Positions 9,302 to 17,465 of a DNA stretch of 34,041 bases are shown one piece after another; the stretch's first letter is position 1; each line of letters begins with the position of its first letter. A program made the translations under genes and the position numbers. The stretch spans positions 21,129 to 55,169 of the forward strand of contig JAPLHK010000094.1 in the NCBI GenBank assembly GCA_026389715.1, written 5' to 3'. A model generated the notes under the pieces. The model saw only the letters and a list, made by a program, of their open reading frames with translations, was not told the DNA's origin and ran no database searches. The DNA comes from Chloroflexota bacterium. GTDB lineage: Bacteria > Chloroflexota > Dehalococcoidia > GIF9 > UBA5629.

Positions 9302-10930
9302 TCAGTTGTCAGCTACCGTTACCACGCAGCCCTTATCAGCTTCCGAAACCATTGCCGCATATTTCCTGAGGTGTCCGCTCAACTTCCTTTGCGGCGGCTT
9401 CCAGGCAGCTTTACGGGCGTCCATATCTTTCTTCGGCACATCCAGGTCGAGCCTGCGGTTGGGGATATCTATTTTAATCATGTCGCCTTCTTTAACCAGG
9501 GCCAGCGGGCCGCCGCTGTAAGCCTCGGGTGTAACATGCCCGATAGCCGGGCCACGGCTGAAGCCAGAAAAGCGCCCGTCGGTGACCAGCGCCACCGATT
9601 CCGCCAGGCCAAGCTGGAATAGCAGTTCGGTTACGGTCAGCAACTCGCGCATGCCCGGACCACCCTTCGGGCCTTCATAGCGGATAACGATAACCTCGCC
9701 GGCTTTGAATCCCTTTTCCATGGCGACCTCTATAGCCTCCTCCTCACTGTTGAAGACGCGCGCTGGACCTGAGAAGGCCAGCATATTTTCAGGCACGCCG
9801 CTGCTTTTTACGACAGCCCCCGTGGGCGCCAGGCTTCCGTTCAGGATTGCCAGGCCGCCTTCCTTATGATAGGGATTATCGAGGTTGCGTATCACATCGT
9901 CGTCCGAGCAGATGACGGCCTTGTTGTTCTCGCGCAGCGATTTGCCGGTGACCGTCATGGCATCATATTTCAGCAAACTTTCAAGTTTGTTCAATAAGGC
10001 CGGTAAACCGCCCGCTTTGTACACATCAAGCAGGAAGTAATTGCCCGATGGATATACCCCCAGCATATGCGGAACCTGCCGCGACACACGGTCAAAATCG
10101 GCCAGACTCAGCTTGATATTCAATTCACTCGCCAGGGCCAGCAGGTGTATGGTGGTGTTAGTCGAGCAACCCGCAGCGGCGACAGTTACCAGCGCATTAT
10201 GAAAAGCGTCGGCGGTGAGTATATCCGACGGCCTTATATTTTCGTTGACCAATTCAACAACCCTTTTGCCGCTCTCCTTGGCCATGATATGTTTCATGTG
10301 ATGCACGGCATGGGTCACCGCGCTGTTGGGCAGGGAAAGCCCCATGGCCTCAACCAGGAACTGCATGGAGTTGGCTGTCCCCATCCCGCTGCAGGCGCCG
10401 GGACCCGGGCAGCTTATCATGGAGACTATCTGCGGCGTATCTTTTGGCGCAAAAGCATCGAAAGGCAGCATGGGGCCGCCTGTAACGAAAATGCAGGGTA
10501 AATTCAACCTGGCCGCCGCGATAAGCTGGGCCGGCACTATTTTGTCGCACCCCGACAGGAATACCAGTCCGTCCAGGCAATGCGAAAGCGTCATGGTCTC
10601 GATAGCATCAGCGATGATATCGCGCATGGGCAGTATATACTTCATGCCCGGCAGCCCGTTGGAGTAACCGTCGCAGGGCGCAACCGTATTAAATTCCAGG
10701 GGGATACCCCCACCCATCAGCACTCCATCTTTGACAGACCTGGCTACATCCCTCAGATGCAGATGCCCGGGTAATAATTCGTTCCAGGAATTCACAATGC
10801 CGATCAGCGGCTTCTGCTCGAGGTCAGCGGATGTAACGCCACAGGCCTCGACCAGGGCTTTTCTGACAATAGCCGTGAACAGCTTATCCGTATACTTCAG
10901 CAGGTTTTTGCTTTCGGGTTTTCTTACCAT
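9302..10930 (-). CDS. IlvD/Edd-family dihydroxy-acid or sugar-acid dehydratase
   Basis: Motifs PGHLHL, PCDG, GCDK, CPGPGAC, TANSM, STNT, YEGPKGGPGM and TDGRFSG. Confidence 0.9.
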   Translation of the reverse strand: MVRKPESKNLLKYTDKLFTAIVRKALVEACGVTSADLEQKPLIGIVNSWNELLPGHLHLRDVARSVKDGVLMGGGIPLEFNTVAPCDGYSNGLPGMKYILPMRDIIADAIETMTLSHCLDGLVFLSGCDKIVPAQLIAAARLNLPCIFVTGGPMLPFDAFAPKDTPQIVSMISCPGPGACSGMGTANSMQFLVEAMGLSLPNSAVTHAVHHMKHIMAKESGKRVVELVNENIRPSDILTADAFHNALVTVAAAGCSTNTTIHLLALASELNIKLSLADFDRVSRQVPHMLGVYPSGNYFLLDVYKAGGLPALLNKLESLLKYDAMTVTGKSLRENNKAVICSDDDVIRNLDNPYHKEGGLAILNGSLAPTGAVVKSSGVPENMLAFSGPARVFNSEEEAIEVAMEKGFKAGEVIVIRYEGPKGGPGMRELLTVTELLFQLGLAESVALVTDGRFSGFSRGPAIGHVTPEAYSGGPLALVKEGDMIKIDIPNRRLDLDVPKKDMDARKAAWKPPQRKLSGHLRKYAAMVSEADKGCVVTVADN

Positions 10931-10942
10931 GTCTTTATTACC

Positions 10943-11650
10943 TCACAGTTTCCCGTATTTCTTATAAACATCCAGCAGGGACATGCCGTTGCGTATCTCC
11001 TGGCGCGACCTGCGCTCGGCCGCCACGATCTCCTCCGCTTTAACAACGACTTCCTCAAGATCGACGTCCTGCACCGGTATGACAACTACACCATCCCTGT
11101 CGGCAAAGATGATATCACCAGGTTTAACGGTAACACCGCCGCAATAGATAGGGCTGCCTACTCCCACCAGGTCGGTCCGGCCGATCGAGTCGGTTGGTAT
11201 ATTTCCTCTTGCCCAGACGGGGAACCCGATTTCCAGAGTACGCCGGATATCGCGGACAGGGCCATCGACAACCGCCGCCTTAACCCCGCCGACATACTTT
11301 GAGGTGGTGGCCATCAGCTCCCCAAAAGCGCCTGCTCCCCAGAAGCCGTTGGTACTGACCGCGATCACCTGTCCCTTCTGCATACTCCCAAAAACGGCTG
11401 ACAGCGCCTGCGCAACAAAAGCAGGATCGTATTCTGCAAGTTTGGTTGACTTCCTCGTCCTGGCCTCCTCGATGGTATAAGCAGGTCCGGCCACTACTGC
11501 ATCCGTGATAATAGACACAAACCCGGACTCCATGCTCTGGTGCATAAACCCCATATCATCCAGGACATCTGCTGCTGCAGGAGTATAGGTTTTTTCCAAC
11601 CTCCCGCAAAAAAGCAACACCTCTTCATGATTGTATTGGTTCGGCATCAC
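10943..11650 (-). CDS. RraA/HMG-CHA aldolase family protein
   Basis: Motifs ADVLD, AGPAYT, FGELMA, DGPVRD and PGDIIFADRDGVV; GGAGG RBS. Confidence 0.85.
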   Translation of the reverse strand: MMPNQYNHEEVLLFCGRLEKTYTPAAADVLDDMGFMHQSMESGFVSIITDAVVAGPAYTIEEARTRKSTKLAEYDPAFVAQALSAVFGSMQKGQVIAVSTNGFWGAGAFGELMATTSKYVGGVKAAVVDGPVRDIRRTLEIGFPVWARGNIPTDSIGRTDLVGVGSPIYCGGVTVKPGDIIFADRDGVVVIPVQDVDLEEVVVKAEEIVAAERRSRQEIRNGMSLLDVYKKYGKL

Positions 11651-11723
11651 CCGCTACCTCCGGTACGTTTTTATATCATAACCCTCATATAATAAAGCCA
11701 TTGTAACATGACAAATCAAGGCA

Positions 11724-11749
11724 GCGGGCGCACTCGAAAGTGCGCCCGC
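11724..11749 (-). terminator. GC-rich hairpin downstream of the ligase array
   Basis: 11-bp perfect stem GCGGGCGCACT/AGTGCGCCCGC with a UUCG loop on the minus strand; the U-tract is weak. Confidence 0.55.
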
Positions 11750-11777
11750 GCCCTTATCTTAACTGTAAACTGCTAAC

Positions 11778-13475
11778 CTATTTGTCGGCCTTACCCTTCG
11801 CCAGGTGCTCTTCCTGCAGCACACGCCGCAACACCTTGCCCACCATGGTCTTGGGCAGGGCATCGCGGAACTCCACGTGTTTGGGTATTTTATAGGCGGT
11901 CAGCTTATCGCGGCAAAAGACCTGGATCTCTTCAACGGTGCACTGTTGTTCCGTCCTCAATACTACCCAGGCCTTGACGGCCTCGCCCTGTGCGGCGTCG
12001 GGCACACCGGCTACACCCACCTCAAGCACCGCCGGGTGCTGTGAGATGATCTCCTCTATCTCGACGGGGAAGACCTGATGGCCGCTGGGCTTGATTAGGT
12101 CCTTTTTGCGCGAGGTGATGAAGAGGTAGCCGTCCTCGTCCAGGTAGCCGATATCACCCGTATACAGCCAGCCGTCGCGCAGCATCTCGGCTGTAGCTTC
12201 GGGACGATTCCAGTAGCCCTGCATGATGTGCGGCCCGCTGGCTATGATCTCGCCGGCCTCTCCAGCTTTCATCTCCTGCTTACCGGTCTCGATATCGACA
12301 ATTTTGATTACCGTATCGGGGGTAGGCATGCCCACGGCGCCTTCCTTCCATTTGCCCAGGAAAGGTCCCATGGCCAGCACGCCCGATTCAGTCAGGCCGT
12401 AGGCCTCAACGATTTTGCCGCCGGTGACCGCCTCCCACTGCCGCTTGGTTTCGGGCAGAAGGGGCGCGGCCGCCGCCACGGAGGATTTCATGGTCTTGAA
12501 ATCGATCTTGCCCGATTTTACCTCCGGCCTGTTCATCAACCCGATGAAGATTGCCGAGATAGCCGGAAAGAAGGCGGGCTTTACCTTTTTTATGGTAGCC
12601 AGCACATCCGGCACCTCGCGGGGGTTGGCTATCAATGCAGTCGGGTAGCGGCCGGCGATGGCGGTGGACAGCAGTATCACATTACCGTACACATGGAAGA
12701 AGGGCATCAATAGAACGAGCGTATCCACCCAGTCTGTGGCCAGAGGCTTCGACCAGCAGTGTATCTGCCGCCCGTTCATAAATATGGACTCGTGGCTGAG
12801 CATGACGCCCTTGGGAGTGCCGGTGGTGCCGCCGCTGAAGAGCAGCAGGCCGGTATCCTTGCCGGTTACCTTAATATCAGGTTTCCTGTCACCCGCGTGT
12901 TTTTTCATCAGGTCCTGTAGCCAGATATCGTTACCCTGCACCCTACCCAGGTATTGTCCAAGCTTCTTTTCCATCAGCAGTGTGAACATGAATTTCATAA
13001 ATGGCGCCAGGTATTCCTTGATGCTGGTAGCGATAAGCAGCCGCAGGCTGGTGCGTGGCTGTATCTTCTTCACCACATCATAGTATGCGGTAAGCACTAT
13101 CGCCACTTCCGCGCCACATTCTTTGAGCGCAAACTCCAGTTCGCCTTCACTGTAAAGCGGATTGATAGGTACGGAGATGGCCCCGGCCTTCCAGATAGCG
13201 AGTTGACCGATGACTACATTCGGGCAATTCGGCAGGAGCATGGCTACCCTGTCACCCTTCTTTACACCAACTGCCACCAAACCAGCGGCGAGCACATCGC
13301 TCAGGTGGTCTATCTCCTTGTAAGACATCCACCTGCCCTTGAACCAGATCATGTGATGTCCAGGCTTCTCTTTTGCCACATCAGCCACATCCTCGAATAG
13401 TGTCTTATCGCGATAAGGCACAAGCGTGTGCGGAACACCTGGATCGTAATGTTTAAACCACGGATAATCTGCCAA
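11778..13475 (-). CDS. Long-chain-fatty-acid--CoA ligase family protein (array copy 1)
   Basis: [17 protein letters not shown], TGDIG and PKTMVGK; TTG start with AGGAGG RBS. Confidence 0.9.
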   Translation of the reverse strand: [565 protein letters not shown]

Positions 13476-13511
13476 GTCAAACCTCCTGATTTGGTATCAT
13501 AATATCTTGAC

Positions 13512-13576
13512 GTCATTGCGAGGCGCCGCGGCAATCTCATTATCGCAGTAGATTGCTTCGCTTCGCTCGCAATGAC
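13512..13576. repeat. REP-like nested inverted repeat element
   Basis: Outer IR GTCATTGCGAG (13512-13522) / CTCGCAATGAC (13566-13576); inner IR GCAATCT (13531-13537) / AGATTGC (13550-13556). Confidence 0.75.
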
Positions 13577-13579
13577 ATG

Positions 13580-15241
13580 TTAACCCTTCTTTTTAGCTTT
13601 CTCCTCTTCCTGCAGCACGCGGCGCAGTATCTTGCCTACCAGCGTCTTAGGTAACGCCTCCCTGAATTCGATAAACTTAGGCACCTTGTAAGCTGTCAGC
13701 TTATCTTTACAGTAATTTTGCAGGTCTTCTTCAGTAACCTTCTCTCCCGGCCGCACTATGACCCAGGCCTTGACTGCCTCAACCTGTTTTTGGTCCGGTA
13801 TCCCCGCCACACATGCCTCAACCACGGCGGGGTGGGTGGCCAGCACTTCCTCCACCTCCTTGGGCCAGACCTGGTGGCCGCTGGGCTTGATCAGGTCCTT
13901 CTTGCGCGATGTCAGGTAGAGGTATCCATCCTTATCCATGTAGCCGATGTCCCCGGTATAGAGCCAGCCATCCTTTAACATCTCGGCCGTCCCCTTAGGG
14001 TTGTTCCAGTAGCCCTGCATGACCTGAGGGCCTTTGCCGACCACCTCGCCCTCCTCACCGTAAGGCAGGTCTTTATCCGGGTCAGCCGCATCGACAAACT
14101 TAATTATCACATCGGGCAGGGGCAGTCCGACGGCGCCCTCCTTCCATTGCCCTTTCATCGGGCCAATAGTAAAAACCACGGTGGACTCTGTCATACCATA
14201 GGCCTCAAGTATAGGCGCGCCGGTCATGGTCTCCCATCTCTGTTTGGTTTCAGCCATCAGCGGGATGGCACCGGAGATACAATATTTCAAACAGCTAAAA
14301 TCCACCTTGCCCGCCTTCACCTCGGGACGCTCCATCAGGCTTATGAACAACGTCGGTACGCTGGGCATCGAAGCCGGCCGGACCTTATTGATTGTGTAAA
14401 TTACATCATCAAGGTCCCGCGGATTGGCCACAATGGCCAGCGGGCTGCGCATGCCGATTGAGCTACAGATAACACCGTTAAAACCGTAGGCATGGAACAT
14501 GGGCATAAGTGCCATGGTATAGTCATTGTGTGACATCATGCCCTGCTTGTTCCACTCGATGCTCTGCAAGCCAACCGCCAGCATGTTCCTGAAAGACAGC
14601 ATCGCACCCTTGGGCGCCCCGGTGGTGCCGCCGCTGAACAGGATCAGGGCAGTATCCTCTCCGCTGCGCTTGACCTTGGGCGCAAGGTCCTTGGCATGCT
14701 TTGCCATCATTTCATCCATCCACATATCGCCCTTTTCCAGTTGCATGGTATGTGGTTTCTTGGCCTCGGGCAGCATGTAATCTTCCAGTGACGTGGCGAT
14801 AACCAGGCGCAGCTTGGTACGGGGTTGCACCTTCTTTACACTGGCATAAAGCAGGTCCCAGACAACGATGACCTCGGCATCCACCGTAGACAGCGTATGC
14901 ACAAGCTCATCCTCGTTGTACAGGGGATTAAGCGGCACATAGATGCCGCCGGCTTTCATGGCGCCGAATGCGGCGATGAGCTGCTGCGGGGTGTTCAGCA
15001 GCATGCTGGCCACACGGTCTCCCGGTTTGACCCCGTTGGCAATCAACGCCGCGGCCAGGACTTCAAAAAGTCTACTGGCCTCCCGGTAGGGAAAATACCT
15101 GTCCTTGAAGTACATGAAAGTATGTTCGGGCATCTCTTGCGTTGTCTGGGCAATAACATCCAGCAATGTGATTTTCGGGTATGGCTCCAGTGAATGTGGT
15201 ACACCGGCATCATAGGATTTGTACCATGGATAATCCGCCAT
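13580..15241 (-). CDS. Long-chain-fatty-acid--CoA ligase family protein (array copy 2)
   Basis: [17 protein letters not shown], TGDIG and PKTLVGK; GAGGAGG RBS. Confidence 0.9.
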   Translation of the reverse strand: [553 protein letters not shown]

Positions 15242-15291
15242 TTGTCTGCCTCCTCACAAATTTTTTATACACTATATTAATATATTCGGCT

Positions 15292-15559
15292 TTATTTTTC
15301 CTGTTTGCCTTTCTCCTCTTCCTGCAGGACTCTGCGTAGCACCTTGCCCACGAACGTTTTGGGCAAATCCTTGCGGAATTCGATAAACCTGGGGACTTAA
15401 TAACCGGTCAGCTTCTCCCGGCAGAATTTCTGCAGCTCCCCGGGGCTAACGGTTTGTCCTCCCTTCAGTACAATCCAGGCCTTGACAGCTTCCATCTGCC
15501 TGGGATCGGCTATGCGGCACACCCGGGTCATAGCTTTTGTACCATAGATAGTCGGTCAT
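15292..15559 (-). pseudogene. Collapsed acyl-CoA ligase remnant (N-terminus joined out of frame to C-terminus)
   Basis: The ATG at 15559 gives MTDYLWYKSYDPGVPHS. Another frame then reads IADPRQMEAVKAWIVL...[39 protein letters not shown]. The premature TAA is at 15399-15397. Confidence 0.9.
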
Positions 15560-15573
15560 TTCAGTGTCCTTAC

Positions 15574-15605
15574 AGCCGCCGCCTGCCAGTCAGCAGGCGG
15601 CGGCT
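15574..15605. terminator. Intergenic hairpin (terminator or mRNA-stabilising)
   Basis: 13-bp perfect stem AGCCGCCGCCTGC/GCAGGCGGCGGCT with a 6-nt loop and no clear U-tract. Confidence 0.5.
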
Positions 15606-15642
15606 ACTTGATTCAGTCAGCCTTTGAGATCTTATGCAATTA

Positions 15643-17369
15643 TTATTTCTTGGCCTTTTCTTCCTCAACCAGGACACGGCGCAGCACCTTGCCCACCATG
15701 GTCTTGGGCAATTCACTGCGAAATTCGATGAATTTGGGTATCTTGTAGGCCACGAGCTTATCCTTACACCAGGCCTGAATATCTTCCGGTGTGATCTTTT
15801 TGCCTGATTCCATTACCACCCAGGCCTTGACAGCTTCTCCCTGCTTGGCATCCGGGATACCGGCCACGCAAACCTCGGCCACATCCGGGTGGGAACTGAT
15901 AGCCTCCTCCACCTCACGCGGCCATACCTGGAAGCCGCTGGGCTTGATGAGGTCTTTCTTACGCGAGGTAATGAAAAGGTAACCGTCCTCGTCCAGGTAT
16001 CCGATGTCACCCGTATACAGCCAGCCGTCCCTGAGCATATCGGCAGTTTCCTCGGGCTTGTTCCAATAGCCGACCATAAGCTGGGGCGCTTTGACGACGA
16101 TTTCCAATAGCCGACCATAAGCTTGGGCGCTTTGACGACGATCTCGCCCTCTTTGCCGGCCGGCAGATCGCCTTCACCTGTCTCGATATCTCCGATCCTG
16201 ACGACGACATCCGGAAGCGGCATGCCGGTGGAACCTTCCTTCCACTTGCCCAGGTACGGTGTGACGCAGGAAGCCATGGTAGTCTCGGTAAGAGCATAGC
16301 CTTCCACGATTCGGCCGCCGGTTAATGCCTCGAAGCGTTTCTTGGTGTCAGCCAGCAGGGGCGCCGCACCCGAGACACAGAACTTCATCGACTTGAAATC
16401 TATTTTCCCGGCTTTGACCCACGGGTGCTCAAGCAGCCCTATGTACAGGGCAGGCACCGCGGGGAAAAAGGTGGGTCTGTCGTGTTGAATGGTCTTAAGC
16501 AGGTCTTCGCGGTCGCGCGGGTTCGGCACCAACGACATGGCCACGTGGCCTACAACCGCTGTACTCATGACTCCGAAAGTTGAGTATGAATGAAACAGCG
16601 GCAGGAGAGTCATAATTATATCCTTGTAACTCTCTATTAAGGTGCCAAACCAGGCCATATACTGCAGCCCCGTGACAACCTGGGAATGGTGTGTGCCGAT
16701 TACGCCCTTGGGCGTCCCTGTCGTGCCGCCGCTGAACAGGATCAGCGCATAATCAGACGGCAGTACCTTTAAATCAGGCCTTTTGGCCCCGGCCTTTTGC
16801 TTTATCAAATCAAGCATCCAGTAATCGCCTTTTGCAAGCTCGATGTAGTGTCCTTCCTTCTTTTCCTTAACCAGTGTAAACAGCACATTGAGCACTGGCG
16901 GAAGGTAGTCTTTGATACTGGTGGCAATTACCAGCTTGACCTTGGTGCGAGGCTGCAGCTTCTTAAACTGATTGTAGAACATAGTCATTACGACCACTGT
17001 TTCGGCGCCACAGTCGTTGAGCGCGTGTTCCATCTCAGCATCAGTATACATAGGGTTCACGTGGACCAGTATGGCTCCCGCTTTCCAGACGCCCCAGCGG
17101 CAGATAATAGCCTGTGGTATATTCGGCATTATCAGCGCCACACGGTCTCCCTTCTTTACTCCCTTCTCCACCAGCGCCGCAGCGAATTCATCGCTCCACT
17201 TCTGCACTTCAGCATAGGAAATCTTGCGATTTTTAAAATAAAGCATGGGGTAGTCAGGATGTTCTTTGGTCGATTCATCAACATAATCGATGAGCGTCTT
17301 CTGCGGGTAGGGTTCCAGTGTCTTTGGGACTCCGGGATCGTAATTCTTTAACCATCGGTATTCTGCCAT
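15643..17369 (-). pseudogene. Acyl-CoA ligase (array copy 3) frameshifted by a 41-bp tandem duplication
   Basis: ORFs 15813..17369 and 15643..16107 are the two halves of one ligase. Removing one repeat unit leaves 1686 nt, i.e. 561 aa plus stop. Confidence 0.85.
16061..16142. repeat. 41-bp tandem direct repeat, 2 copies
   Basis: TTCCAATAGCCGACCATAAGCT(G/T)GGGCGCTTTGACGACGAT at 16061-16101 and 16102-16142, with one mismatch. Confidence 0.95.
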
Positions 17370-17408
17370 GCAACAACCTCCAAGCGATTTTATTTTACGA
17401 TGGAATCG

Positions 17409-17449
17409 ATTATACCATACTGCCCCCGGCCAATCAGGACCGGGGGCAG
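17409..17449 (-). promoter_or_regulatory. Hairpin followed by an extended -10 element upstream of ligase copy 3
   Basis: Stem CTGCCCCCGG (17420-17429) / CCGGGGGCAG (17440-17449); minus strand TGGTATAAT at 17417-17409. Confidence 0.5.
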
Positions 17450-17465
17450 CTTACTACCGGTTATC

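Noticed and set aside
15643-16107. 154-aa ORF as an independent gene
   Set aside because: It is the C-terminal part of ligase copy 3, separated by the 41-bp duplication, and has no RBS.
16061-16142. CRISPR repeat or programmed ribosomal frameshift
   Set aside because: There are two directly abutting copies with no spacer, both encoding conserved ligase residues. I see no slippery heptamer and no cas genes.
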